64,000 nucleotides of DNA. It comes from an uncultured Collinsella sp. GTDB taxonomy: Bacteria; Actinomycetota; Coriobacteriia; Coriobacteriales; Coriobacteriaceae. The notes under the pieces are model-generated. The model saw only the letters and a list, made by a program, of their open reading frames with translations, was not told where the DNA came from and made no database searches. Below are positions 10,533 to 21,342 of the stretch, in pieces. The stretch is taken from contig CABUSH010000010.1 of assembly GCA_902494195.1 (NCBI GenBank), positions 9,523 through 73,522 of the forward strand, read 5' to 3'. Position 1 is the first letter of the stretch. Each line of letters begins with the position of its first letter. The translations under genes and the position numbers were made by a program.

Positions 10533-11102
10533 TTAGTCGATAGCGCCGATGCGGTTGAGCGGCCAGTAGCGCACAAGCGCCACAGCGATCAAATCAGAGC
10601 GATCGACGGGACCAAAGTAGCGTGAGTCGGCAGAGTTTTCGCGGTTGTCGCCCATCACCCACACGCACCCGTCGGGAACGGTGTAGGGATAGCTTACCTG
10701 AGCGCCGGGCGCTTGGACCGAAAGTGGCCAGCTCATGCCCGTCGTATAGTCCTCGTCGAGCGCTTGGCCGTCAACGACCACCTTGCCATCCTGCAGGTCG
10801 ACCGTCTGGCCGGCCGTGGCAATAACGCGCTTGACAAGAACATCATGCTCGGAGGTGCCATCGGGGTTGTGAAACACCACGATATCGCCCTGCTTGACGG
10901 GCTGACCGAGCTCGAGGCTCACCTTTTGCGCCAGGATCTGGTCGCCAATCTCGATTGTGTCCTCCATAGAGCCGGTGGGCACCACAAAGGGCTCGACCAC
11001 AAAGGTGCGGATCAGGAAGGTGGCCACAAGCGCGATCGCGATGACCGCGATCCACTCAAAAGCGCCCCTCAACGCGGAATGTTGCGTAGGAACCATACTC
11101 AC
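10533..11102 (-). CDS. lepB: Signal peptidase I
   Basis: 189 aa with an N-terminal TM segment, VPTGSMEDTI (catalytic Ser box) and GDNRENSADSRYFG. The GTG start overlaps the trmD stop. Confidence 0.85.
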   Translation of the reverse strand: MSMVPTQHSALRGAFEWIAVIAIALVATFLIRTFVVEPFVVPTGSMEDTIEIGDQILAQKVSLELGQPVKQGDIVVFHNPDGTSEHDVLVKRVIATAGQTVDLQDGKVVVDGQALDEDYTTGMSWPLSVQAPGAQVSYPYTVPDGCVWVMGDNRENSADSRYFGPVDRSDLIAVALVRYWPLNRIGAID

Positions 11103-11857
11103 TCCTCGCTCTGCGAATACGAAGCGTCAAGGATCTCCTGCGCGTAAGCGCGCTCCTCGGGCGTGAGCCGCGCAGTCTCGATCAGGTCGGGACGCCAGCG
11201 ACAGGTGCGCTCGATGGCATTCTTGCGGCGCCAGGCATCGACCTTGGCGTGATCGCCGCTCACGAGCACCGGAGGAACGCCCTCGCCGTTAAACTCGGCG
11301 GGGCGGGTGTACTGCGCGTACTCGAGCAGGCCTCCGTCCTCGGCGGTCGAGAACGACTCGTCCACGTTGCTCATCTCGTCGCCCAGGGCGCCGGGAATGA
11401 GGCGTACGACGGCATCGGCAACGACCATCGCGGGCAGCTCGCCGCCCGTGAGCACATAGTCGCCGATCGACAGACGTTCATCGGCATACGCATACGCGCG
11501 CTCGTCGACGCCCTCGTAACGGCTGCACACAAACAGCAGGCGCTCACTTTTGAGCAGGCGCTCGGCCACATGCTGCGTAAAAGGCTCGCCACAGGGGGTA
11601 AAGAACACCACAGTGGGCTTAGGACCCTCTGCGCTAATGGCCTCGATGGCCTCTGCGATAGGCTCGACCTTCATGAGCATGCCCTGCCCGCCGCCGTACG
11701 GCTCGTCATCGACGGTACGATGGCGGTCGTGCGTCCAGTCGCGCAGGTTATACGCCTTAAAATCAAAAAGGCCGGCCTTGCGGGCGCGGCCCAAAATCGA
11801 TGTGGACATAACGGGCTCAAACATCTCGGGAAAGACCGAAAGGGTCTCGATCAGCAT
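11099..11857 (-). CDS. trmD: tRNA (guanine37-N1)-methyltransferase
   Basis: 252 aa with FPEMF, DDEPYGGGQGMLM and SIGDYVLTGGELPAMV. Confidence 0.95.
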   Translation of the reverse strand: MLIETLSVFPEMFEPVMSTSILGRARKAGLFDFKAYNLRDWTHDRHRTVDDEPYGGGQGMLMKVEPIAEAIEAISAEGPKPTVVFFTPCGEPFTQHVAERLLKSERLLFVCSRYEGVDERAYAYADERLSIGDYVLTGGELPAMVVADAVVRLIPGALGDEMSNVDESFSTAEDGGLLEYAQYTRPAEFNGEGVPPVLVSGDHAKVDAWRRKNAIERTCRWRPDLIETARLTPEERAYAQEILDASYSQSEE

Positions 11858-11867
11858 GTTGTCCTCC

Positions 11868-12389
11868 CTACTTGTCCATATCGATCAGGCCGTCCATAAC
11901 GTGGACGGAAATTGTTCCTGTGTCGGGAAGATCGAGCACAACCTGCTCGATCACGGGAATCAGTACCTCGCCGTACCGATCGCCCTCGACAACCCAAACA
12001 TCGTTCGCGGGCGTCGACATGATCTCGACGATCATGCCGAGCGAACCGAAGCGCTCGTCGACCACCTCGCGACCCATCAGGTCGGTATAGGCAGCGTCGA
12101 GCGAATCGAGCTCAAAGTCGTCGCGATTTGCCAGCACATAGCATCCCGTGATGCCCTCGGCGGCCGTCAAGTCGTCAATGCCCTCAAACGAGACCAGATC
12201 GCCATCGCCCGTATCGGTGACGGACACGACCGTGCAAAAGCGGTCGCGCTTGAGCGCCGGCGGCGTCAGGGCGACGCGCATGCCCGGCTCTAATACAGAA
12301 GGAAGCCCCCGCAGCGGCTGCGCGAGGACCTCCCCCTTCCTTCCGTGCGGCTTGACCACACGGGCGATGTTTTTGTACTGGGACCTCAA
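11868..12389 (-). CDS. rimM: 16S rRNA processing protein RimM
   Basis: 173 aa with IARVVKPHGRKGEV and a PRC-barrel C-terminus. TTG start, in the rpsP-KH-rimM-trmD context. Confidence 0.85.
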   Translation of the reverse strand: MRSQYKNIARVVKPHGRKGEVLAQPLRGLPSVLEPGMRVALTPPALKRDRFCTVVSVTDTGDGDLVSFEGIDDLTAAEGITGCYVLANRDDFELDSLDAAYTDLMGREVVDERFGSLGMIVEIMSTPANDVWVVEGDRYGEVLIPVIEQVVLDLPDTGTISVHVMDGLIDMDK

Positions 12390-12393
12390 GGTC

Positions 12394-12678
12394 CTAGCCC
12401 AGAACCTCTACCTCGACAGCAGTGTCGAGGCGAGCGGCCAGTGCACGGGCGAGCGTGCGAATGGCCTTGATGGTACGGCCACGACGGCCGATGACCTTAG
12501 CGACGTCATCCTCGGCGACCGAAACCTCAATCGTAGAGGCGTCATCACCATCGATGACCTCAAGGCTCACGGAATCCGGGTCGTCGACGATCTGAACAAC
12601 GAGATATTCGACGAGATCGGCGATGCGATCTGAGAGCATTGCCTCACCCTCGAGCTGTGCAGCGTCAACCTCAGGCAC
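12394..12678 (-). CDS. KH-domain RNA-binding protein (YlqC/UPF0109-like)
   Basis: Contains VIGRRGRTIKAIRTLA (GXXG KH motif) and sits between rpsP and rimM. The real start may be the internal ATG at 12639. Confidence 0.75.
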   Translation of the reverse strand: MPEVDAAQLEGEAMLSDRIADLVEYLVVQIVDDPDSVSLEVIDGDDASTIEVSVAEDDVAKVIGRRGRTIKAIRTLARALAARLDTAVEVEVLG

Positions 12679-12681
12679 GAT

Positions 12682-13023
12682 TTACTCCTCGGCGCCCTCA
12701 GCGGCCTCAGCGGCAGCCTTAGCGGCCTCGGCCTCTTTGGCGAGCTGCTTCTTGGACTTCTTGACGACGGTCTCGGTCTTCTCGCCCTCGTTGGCGGCCT
12801 TGACCAGAGCGGCGACGGCGTCGGTGAGCTGAGCGCCCTTGGACTGCCAGTCGGCGATCTTCTCGAGGTCGAGGTTGATGGTCTTGGGGGCGGTCATCGG
12901 GTTGTAGCGGCCAACCTCCTCGATGATACGACCGTCACGCGGGGCGCGGGAATCGGCGACGACGACACGGTAGTACGGACGCTTCTTAGCGCCGTGACGA
13001 GCAAGGCGAATCTTGACTGCCAA
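12682..13023 (-). CDS. rpsP: 30S ribosomal protein S16 with Lys/Ala/Glu-rich C-terminal tail
   Basis: (L)[32 protein letters not shown] chose the TTG at 13023 because GGAGGAG lies 6 nt upstream; the track ORF (to 13059) adds a non-homologous leader. Confidence 0.9.
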   Translation of the reverse strand: MAVKIRLARHGAKKRPYYRVVVADSRAPRDGRIIEEVGRYNPMTAPKTINLDLEKIADWQSKGAQLTDAVAALVKAANEGEKTETVVKKSKKQLAKEAEAAKAAAEAAEGAEE

Positions 13024-13263
13024 AGGAAACTCCTCCAACCAAGCAGCTTTAGGCTGCAACTACAAACAAACAGTTGAACATAATACGCCATCGACGCGGG
13101 CAGGTGAAGTCCGTGAGACCAACTTCTTCGGTGTAGTCGAGGGCAAATCCATATCTTAGACAAGAATTCGGGATTTGCAAGCACATACACGCACCCCACA
13201 TGAGCTGCGCGGTATACTCATGACATGGAAAGACGCGAACATACATACGGTTATGAGGATGCC

Positions 13264-14478
13264 ATGGGCGTCACGCCGCCTCCCTGGACGGGTCCGGCGG
13301 TGGGACTCATGGACCTCGATGCGTTTTTTGCGAGCGTGGAAATGCTCGATCATCCCGAATGGCGAGGAAAGCCGCTCATCGTGGGCGGAGACGCCGATTC
13401 GCGTGGCGTCGTGTCTACGTGTTCGTATGAGGCACGTCGCTTTGGCGTGCACTCTGCCATGGCCTCGGCCGAGGCGCGGCGCTTGTGCCCGCAAGCCATT
13501 TGGACGCACGGGCACTTTGATCGCTACCGCGAGGTGAGCGCGCAAGTCATGGCGATTCTCGCCGAGGAGACGCCGCGCGTTGAGCGCGTATCCATCGACG
13601 AAGCCTTTATCGATATCACACCGGGTCGCTTTGCGCCCGAAGACCCGCTGCTGGTTGCGCGGCGTATAAGCGACCGCGTGGCAGCGCTGGGAGTGACGTG
13701 CTCCATTGGCGTGGGCTGCAACAAGACGGTTGCAAAGATCGCAAGCGAGCGGGATAAGCCGTTTGGGTTGACCATCGTGCGCCCCGGAACCGAGCAGCGC
13801 TTTTTGGCCGCACTGCCGGTATCTGCCATGAGTGGCATTGGGCGCTCGGCCGAGGAGCGACTGCGCCGCATGTGCATCTACACCCTCGGAGAGCTATCGC
13901 GTGCACCGGAATCCACCTTGGCCTCTATTTTTGGCGTCAATGGCGAGCGCATGCGTCAGCGTGCGCTGGGACTCGAAATCTCTGAAGTCACGAGCCTCGA
14001 TGAAGAGCGCGAGGTCAAGTCGGTCAGCAATGAACGCACCTTTGCTAAAGATTTGACTGAGCGTGGGGATATTGAGGCGGCGATTGCGCTGTTGGGAGAG
14101 TCAGTGGGACGCCGTCTGCGCCGTCAGGGGCTGACGGGTGCCACGGTAACGCTCAAGCTCAAGTATTCGTATGGCAGCGGGCGTACGGCACAGCGCCGGC
14201 TGCCTCATCCGACCGACGATGAGAACATTTTCGTGGCGGTTGCACTCGAACTGCTCGACAATATCTGGCAGGAAGGCATGCATGTTCGCTTAGCGGGCAT
14301 CGGCATGAGCGACTTCGACCACCAAGGCGGGATCCAAACCGACCTGTTCTGCGAAGTCGATGATCGCGGAGCCCAATCCAGCGACCGCCGCGACCTCTCC
14401 GTCGCCATCGACGCCGTCCGAGACAAGTTCGGCGACACCGCCCTATCCTTCGGCCGCCAATCCCGCTTCAACGATTAA
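13264..14478 (+). CDS. dinB: DNA polymerase IV (Y-family)
   Basis: LMDLDAFFASVE and VSIDEAFIDIT motifs. The ATG at 13264 is preceded by GAGGA. The track start at 13225 lies 8 nt after a TATACT box and is less likely. Confidence 0.9.
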   Translation: MGVTPPPWTGPAVGLMDLDAFFASVEMLDHPEWRGKPLIVGGDADSRGVVSTCSYEARRFGVHSAMASAEARRLCPQAIWTHGHFDRYREVSAQVMAILAEETPRVERVSIDEAFIDITPGRFAPEDPLLVARRISDRVAALGVTCSIGVGCNKTVAKIASERDKPFGLTIVRPGTEQRFLAALPVSAMSGIGRSAEERLRRMCIYTLGELSRAPESTLASIFGVNGERMRQRALGLEISEVTSLDEEREVKSVSNERTFAKDLTERGDIEAAIALLGESVGRRLRRQGLTGATVTLKLKYSYGSGRTAQRRLPHPTDDENIFVAVALELLDNIWQEGMHVRLAGIGMSDFDHQGGIQTDLFCEVDDRGAQSSDRRDLSVAIDAVRDKFGDTALSFGRQSRFND

Positions 14479-14499
14479 CCGCCTTTGGGCAAAAAGAAA

Positions 14500-14533
14500 G
14501 CCGGGCAGGTGCGGAAAACCGCACCTGCCCGGC
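14500..14533 (-). terminator. Intrinsic terminator between convergent dinB and rsfS
   Basis: GCCGGGCAGGTGCGG-AAAA-CCGCACCTGCCCGGC, a perfect 15-bp stem. On the minus strand it is followed by TTTCTTTTTG. Confidence 0.65.
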
Positions 14534-14574
14534 GATATGCGTGAGGGTAGCTAAACCCCGTCTCAAATGAGCTA

Positions 14575-15030
14575 CTAGAGGAGGTTGAGGGGGAGCTGGG
14601 GGGCGTCTCCCCAGAGTTTCTCGAGGCGGTAGAAGTCGCGGGCTTCGGGAGTGAAGACGTGGACGACAACCGAACCATAGTCCATGAGCATCCAGGTCTT
14701 CTGCTCGCGACCCTCGATGGAGAACGGGTGCTCGCCGCAAGCCTCGGCGACCTTCTCCTCGATCTCGTCGACGATAGAATCGACCTGGCGGTTATTGGTA
14801 CCGGTGGCAAGCACAAAGTAGTCGCATACGTCGGAAAGCTCGGTCAGGTCGAGCACCTGAACGTCCTCGCCCTTCTTGTCGTAGGCGGCCTGCGCAGCGG
14901 CGCGGGCGACATCCTCGGCGGCGACACCGCTCGCGGACAGCGAGGCGGCGGTGCGGTCGGACGTGGCGGCGAAGCTCTTGTGCTCCACGTTCTCAAGAAT
15001 CTGCTCGTCAGTCATGGTCTCGTCGGCCAT
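14575..15030 (-). CDS. rsfS: Ribosome silencing factor RsfS
   Basis: Contains DVCDYFVLATGTNNRQV and WMLMDYGSVVVHVF. The ATG at 15030 is preceded by AAGAGG; the track ORF starts at an upstream GTG (15051). Confidence 0.85.
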   Translation of the reverse strand: MADETMTDEQILENVEHKSFAATSDRTAASLSASGVAAEDVARAAAQAAYDKKGEDVQVLDLTELSDVCDYFVLATGTNNRQVDSIVDEIEEKVAEACGEHPFSIEGREQKTWMLMDYGSVVVHVFTPEARDFYRLEKLWGDAPQLPLNLL

Positions 15031-15058
15031 GGAATACCTCTTTCTAGACACACCCGAG

Positions 15059-15667
15059 CTAGCGCAGCTGGGCGTAATGGTTGTAAATCGTAATAGCCGT
15101 GGGATAAAGATAGCGCCCGGACTGGATCACATAGACCAAACCCTGCGCAAAACAGGAGAAGAACAACTCGTCGAGCGTCGACTCCCCCACCATCTTGCGC
15201 AGCGCATGCGCATAGTCGCCGTGGCGGTTGGGCTCGATGGCATCGGCCACAAAGACCACCATATCGAGCGGCGTCATGTCGCAGGCACCCACGGTGTGAC
15301 GGTCGACAGCCTGGAAAACGGCCGGCGACAACTCGGGGAAAAGCTGCGGAAGCTCATAGGCGGCAACAGGACCATGCAAAAGCGGCGTCGCGGCGGAAGG
15401 AGAGCCGGCAATCTTAATGCCGTAATGCAGAGCGCGCGTAACCAGCTCGTCGTCGGAGAGCACTTTGTCCCAGTCGTGGATCAGACCGGCAGCAGCGGCA
15501 TCAAAGCGGTCAACGCCGTAGACCTCGGCCAGATGAAGTGCGGTCTCGGCAACACCCAGCGAATGCACATAGCGCTTGCGCTTATCCTTCATGCGAACAT
15601 CGAGCAGCTCTTGAATGCGCTTGAGCAGCGCGCGCTCATCGCCCTCAAACTGATCCTCTACCGACAA
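15059..15667 (-). CDS. yqeK: HD-domain bis(5'-nucleosyl)-tetraphosphatase YqeK
   Basis: Contains HSLGVAETALHLA and GLIHDWDK, downstream of nadD. TTG start. Confidence 0.8.
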   Translation of the reverse strand: MSVEDQFEGDERALLKRIQELLDVRMKDKRKRYVHSLGVAETALHLAEVYGVDRFDAAAAGLIHDWDKVLSDDELVTRALHYGIKIAGSPSAATPLLHGPVAAYELPQLFPELSPAVFQAVDRHTVGACDMTPLDMVVFVADAIEPNRHGDYAHALRKMVGESTLDELFFSCFAQGLVYVIQSGRYLYPTAITIYNHYAQLR

Positions 15668-15679
15668 CGTAGACCCCCA

Positions 15680-16357
15680 TCACTCAAAATCTTCTTGGCC
15701 CAATTCGGCATATAGCCTGCGTTTGCGAATGTAGCCGAGCACGGACTCGCTCGTAAGGTAGCGCACGCTCATGCCGCGGGCAACTCGCTTACGAATGTTC
15801 GTCGAGCTGATCGCCAGCGCCGGAATCTGAATATAGCGCACGTCGAACGGCAGCCCCGACTCTTTGATTCGGGCACGCGCCGTATCGATATCAAAGCCCG
15901 GTCGCGTCGCCGCAATAAAGGTAGCAAGCTCAGCGATTCGTTCGGCATCATGCCAGGTCACGATATCGATAATCGCGTCGGCGCCCGTAATAAAGTAGAG
16001 CTTTACCTGCGGCGGGTAAAAGTCGCGAAGGGCATGAAGCGTATCGGCCGTATAGGTTACGCCCGGGCGGTCGATCTCGAACCGGCTCGCCAAAAAGGCC
16101 GGGTTCGCGGCGGTGGCGAGGACCGTCATGGCATAACGGTCCTCGGCAGGCGTCACCGGCTTGTCAAGCTTAAAGGCGGGAGACCCTGCCGGCATAAAGA
16201 GCACAGCGTCCAAGTTGAGCGACTCGCGCGCCTGCTCGGCAGTCACCAGATGCCCGTAATGGATGGGATCAAAGGTGCCACCCATAATGCCGAGCCTAAA
16301 CTCCTGCCCGTCCTCTAGAGGAAGCTCGGGCAGACCGATTCCACCGCGCAGCGACAT
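15680..16357 (-). CDS. nadD: Nicotinate-nucleotide adenylyltransferase
   Basis: Contains GIMGGTFDPIHYGHL and ISSTNIRKRV. Confidence 0.9.
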   Translation of the reverse strand: MSLRGGIGLPELPLEDGQEFRLGIMGGTFDPIHYGHLVTAEQARESLNLDAVLFMPAGSPAFKLDKPVTPAEDRYAMTVLATAANPAFLASRFEIDRPGVTYTADTLHALRDFYPPQVKLYFITGADAIIDIVTWHDAERIAELATFIAATRPGFDIDTARARIKESGLPFDVRYIQIPALAISSTNIRKRVARGMSVRYLTSESVLGYIRKRRLYAELGQEDFE

Positions 16358-16360
16358 GGC

Positions 16361-17839
<1,479 letters not shown>

Positions 17840-17912
17840 CTACAAAAAAGAGGGAGACCCTTGAATCCTAAAACTCAAGTGCCTCCCACATATGTGCTCT
17901 ATGAAGGGTGAA

Positions 17913-18170
17913 TTACGCGTTCGCGAGCGGGCGTACGCTGACCCTGTGCTTGATACCCTTGTGGAACTCAACGGTACCGTCGACCAGCGCGAACAGCGTG
18001 TCGTCCTTGCCACGGCCAACGTTCTCACCCGGGTGGATGTGCGTGCCGTGCTGACGGACGAGAATCGTGCCCGTGGTTACCGTCTGGCCGGCATAGCGCT
18101 TCGTGCCAAGGCGCTGACCGCGGGAGTCACGGCCATTACGGGAGGAACCGAGTCCTTTTTTGTGTGCCAT
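17913..18170 (-). CDS. rpmA: 50S ribosomal protein L27
   Basis: [22 protein letters not shown]... Confidence 0.95.
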   Translation of the reverse strand: MAHKKGLGSSRNGRDSRGQRLGTKRYAGQTVTTGTILVRQHGTHIHPGENVGRGKDDTLFALVDGTVEFHKGIKHRVSVRPLANA

Positions 18171-18203
18171 TGTGTATACCTACTCTTTCGTTACGAGTGT
18201 AAT

Positions 18204-18578
18204 CTACTCGGCGACGGGAGCCTCGGCAACAGCCTCGGCCTCTGCCTTGACAGCCTTCTTGGCGCGGGACGTAGCCTGGACCTTCACGATCTTCAGCTTG
18301 GTGAGCTGCTGACGGTGACCCTTCAGACGACGATAGCGCTTACGCTTGTGGAACTTGAAGACCAGCTGCTTCTCGCCCTTGAACTGCTCAACGATCTGAG
18401 CGGTAACCTTGGCCTTGGCCAGCTTGTCGGGATCGGTGACGATCTTCTTACCATCGTTGAGGAAGATAACCGGCAGGGTGACCTTGTCGCCCTCATTGCC
18501 CTCGATCTTCTCGACGGTGATGACATCGTCGGTGGCGACCTTGTACTGCTTGCCGCCCGTGTTAACGATTGCGTACAT
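18204..18578 (-). CDS. rplU: 50S ribosomal protein L21 (with Ala/Glu/Lys tail)
   Basis: MYAIVNTGGKQYKV... from the ATG at 18578; the track ORF begins 7 codons upstream. Confidence 0.95.
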   Translation of the reverse strand: MYAIVNTGGKQYKVATDDVITVEKIEGNEGDKVTLPVIFLNDGKKIVTDPDKLAKAKVTAQIVEQFKGEKQLVFKFHKRKRYRRLKGHRQQLTKLKIVKVQATSRAKKAVKAEAEAVAEAPVAE

Positions 18579-18645
18579 GTTTACTTGCCCTTCATGCATC
18601 AGTTAGTGCAACAGCCGAATATAGTAGCAGGCGAAAATACCCCCG

Positions 18646-19458
18646 TCAACGAGTATGTGGAGCAAATCCACAAGTTCGCACAGGTATGGGGCTGACGAGT
18701 CGGCCCTCGTCGTCCTCGCATGCTTGATTCTGACGCTCGACATCGTAGGAGCAGATGGTCACGAGGTCTTGCATACCGGTGGAAACAATAGGTGCATCCA
18801 CGCCCGGGGTCAAGCCCTGCAACAAAACATCAGCAGCGGAAAGCAAAATTTCCGGACGCATGGAGCCTTCGTTGTCGGCATGGGTGTCGAGCATGAGCAC
18901 CAAATGGTCCGGGCGCTCCCCCGCCGTGATCTCATAGTCCACGAGCGTGTGATCCAAATCCAAGCGCTTGCTCTTTTTTCCGCGCGCGTAGTCGATGCCA
19001 TGGTCCGCGCGCAGCGTGTCGATCGCACGACGTACCTCATCGGCGCTTACGGGCGCCTCGGGATCCAAGTGCAGGTCGATGCGATACGACAGGCGCGTGA
19101 GCTGCGCCGTCAACGCCGGCGTGCGCACGTCGATGTACGCCGCCTCGATGGGCGCCAAATCGGCCGGAGACGCCGCAGCCAGGCGCCCAAACGCCTCGTC
19201 GAGCGCCACGAACTCGGTCATAAAAAGGTCATACCACTCGCAGGTCGACGACGTACCAACCGGTAGCGCCGAAGAGAAGCCCACGCGCATGTGCGGAGAG
19301 AAGCCCTGCGTGACGGCATAGGGAAGTCCCGCACGGCGCACGATGCGCTCAATGGTATGGATCACTTCGAGATGGCCCAGGTACTTAAGGCGATCGCGCT
19401 TGCCATAGCGAACACGAAGCCTAAAGAGCGTGGGGTTGTCGGTCAGGCGCTCACTCAT
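18646..19458 (-). CDS. Radical-SAM-associated protein (DUF2344/TIGR03936-like)
   Basis: 270 aa, LRVRYGKRDRLKYLGHLEVIHTIERIVRRAGLP. The start overlaps the stop of the upstream radical SAM gene by 4 nt. The family name is from memory. Confidence 0.65.
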   Translation of the reverse strand: MSERLTDNPTLFRLRVRYGKRDRLKYLGHLEVIHTIERIVRRAGLPYAVTQGFSPHMRVGFSSALPVGTSSTCEWYDLFMTEFVALDEAFGRLAAASPADLAPIEAAYIDVRTPALTAQLTRLSYRIDLHLDPEAPVSADEVRRAIDTLRADHGIDYARGKKSKRLDLDHTLVDYEITAGERPDHLVLMLDTHADNEGSMRPEILLSAADVLLQGLTPGVDAPIVSTGMQDLVTICSYDVERQNQACEDDEGRLVSPIPVRTCGFAPHTR

Positions 19459-21332
19459 GCGCGATCACCCATCAATACATTCTTGGCGTGGAGCGTGGGG
19501 CAGATCCCGCAGCCGGTGCACGACGTGCGGGTGCAGTCGGGAGTCGTGACACCCTCGAGCGAGCGACGGTACTCGCGCTCGAGGAAGCCGCGCGTGCAGC
19601 CGGGACTCACATGCTCCCACGGCAGGCGCCAGTCCAACTCGTAGGGCAGGTGCACAAGCTCATTGAGGTCGATGCCGTTTTTGGCAGCAGCCTCCTTCCA
19701 GTTATCGAGCGAGAAATGCTCTACCCAGGCGTCAAAGCGAGAGCCCGCACGCCAAGCATCGATGATGACGGGCGTCATGTCACGACCGGCGCGGGACAGC
19801 GCGGCCTCGATGAGCGAGGTCTCGGCATCGTGGTAATGCACGCGGACGGCACGGTTGCGAACGCTCGTGACAAGCAGCTTCTGCCGACGCTTGACGTCGT
19901 CGTAGTCGAGCTGCGGGCACCACTGGAACGGCGTGGCAGCCTTGGGGATAAAGACCGAAACCGAGATGGACACCGAGATCGAGCCGCGACGAGCCTTGGG
20001 CACCACGGAACGACCGAGCTCCAGTACGTGATCAGCCAGATTGGCGATGGCCACGATGTCCTCGTCGCGCTCGCCGGGAAGGCCCATCATAAAGTAGAGC
20101 TTCATGCGGTTCCAGCCGGCCTCGAAGGCCGCCTTGGCCGCACGGTCCAGGTCCTCCTCGGTCACGTTCTTGTTAATGATGTCGCGCATGCGCTGGCTGC
20201 CGGCCTCGGGCGCGAACGTCAGGCCGCCCTTCTTTTCGCCGGCGACCGACTCGGCCATATCCACGCCAAACGAATCCAGGCGCTGCGACGGAATAGACAC
20301 GCGAATACCCGTATCCTCCAGGCGACGGTTGAGCCTGCCGAGCACGTCGCGAATGCAGGAATGGTCGGTCGTGGAGAGCGAGGTCAGCGACACCTCGTCA
20401 TAGCCGGTCTTTTCCAGACCCTGAATCACCGACGAGACGATCTGGTCGGCCGAGCGCTCGCGCACCGGGCGATACGTCATGCCGGCCTGGCAAAAACGAC
20501 AGCCGCGGGCGCAGCCGCGTAGGATCTCGATAGACAGGCGGTCGTGGACCAGCTGCGCATAGGGCACGCACGACTGCGACAGCGGATTCGTGGCGCCGAA
20601 ATCCTCGACGACGCGCTTGTAGACCACGGTCGGCGCATCCTTGCCCTCACGCGGCACGGTGTAGCCATGCGGCGAGCAGGGCTCGTCGTGACGAACCTCA
20701 TAGAGCGACGGCACGTAGTTGCCGGCAATGGATGCAAGCTGCTCGACAATCTGCGCGCGCGGGACTCCTTCGTCACGCAGGCGGCGATGCAGCTGGCAGG
20801 TCTCGAGCAGCGATTCCTCGCCCTCACCGATGAGGATGGCATCGAAGAAGGCCGCGTACGGCTCGGGGTTGTACACCGAGGGACCGCCGGCGATGATGAT
20901 TGGGTCGTCTTCACCTCGGTCGGCCGCTAACAGCGGAATGCCAGCGAGGTCGAGAGCCTCGAGGAAGTTCGTCACCGCCATCTCGTGCGGTACATGCAGG
21001 CCGACGATATCAAACGAGGCGACGGGGGCAGCACCCTCGAGCGAGAGCAGCGGAATGCCCGCCTCGCGCATGGCGTCACCCATATCGGGCCACGGCACAT
21101 AGCCACGCTCGCAGGAGATGCCCTCGGCCTGGTTAAGGATGTTGTAGAGGATGGCGATACCCTGGTTGGGCAGACCAACCTCGTACACATCCGGGTAGAT
21201 CAGGCAGCAACGGTAATCGGCATCGGCCTTGGAAAGCGTGCCCCACTCGTGATCGATATAGCGACTCGGCTTCTCGACCTTGGCGAGCAACGGCTCAATT
21301 AAATGAAAACAATCTTGGTACGGAACGCGCAA
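19455..21332 (-). CDS. B12-binding-domain radical SAM protein (TIGR03960-like)
   Basis: 625 aa with Cx3Cx2C in RGCARGCRFCQAG. The N-terminal half resembles a cobalamin-binding Rossmann domain. Confidence 0.8.
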   Translation of the reverse strand: MRVPYQDCFHLIEPLLAKVEKPSRYIDHEWGTLSKADADYRCCLIYPDVYEVGLPNQGIAILYNILNQAEGISCERGYVPWPDMGDAMREAGIPLLSLEGAAPVASFDIVGLHVPHEMAVTNFLEALDLAGIPLLAADRGEDDPIIIAGGPSVYNPEPYAAFFDAILIGEGEESLLETCQLHRRLRDEGVPRAQIVEQLASIAGNYVPSLYEVRHDEPCSPHGYTVPREGKDAPTVVYKRVVEDFGATNPLSQSCVPYAQLVHDRLSIEILRGCARGCRFCQAGMTYRPVRERSADQIVSSVIQGLEKTGYDEVSLTSLSTTDHSCIRDVLGRLNRRLEDTGIRVSIPSQRLDSFGVDMAESVAGEKKGGLTFAPEAGSQRMRDIINKNVTEEDLDRAAKAAFEAGWNRMKLYFMMGLPGERDEDIVAIANLADHVLELGRSVVPKARRGSISVSISVSVFIPKAATPFQWCPQLDYDDVKRRQKLLVTSVRNRAVRVHYHDAETSLIEAALSRAGRDMTPVIIDAWRAGSRFDAWVEHFSLDNWKEAAAKNGIDLNELVHLPYELDWRLPWEHVSPGCTRGFLEREYRRSLEGVTTPDCTRTSCTGCGICPTLHAKNVLMGDRA

Positions 21333-21342
21333 CGGAAAACCC

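Noticed and set aside
13060-13263. SOS/LexA box upstream of dinB
   Set aside because: The closest candidates (CGAACATACATACG, TTGAACATAATACG) match neither the Gram-positive CGAAC-N4-GTTCG nor the actinobacterial TCGAAC-N4-GTTCGA palindrome in the second half-site.
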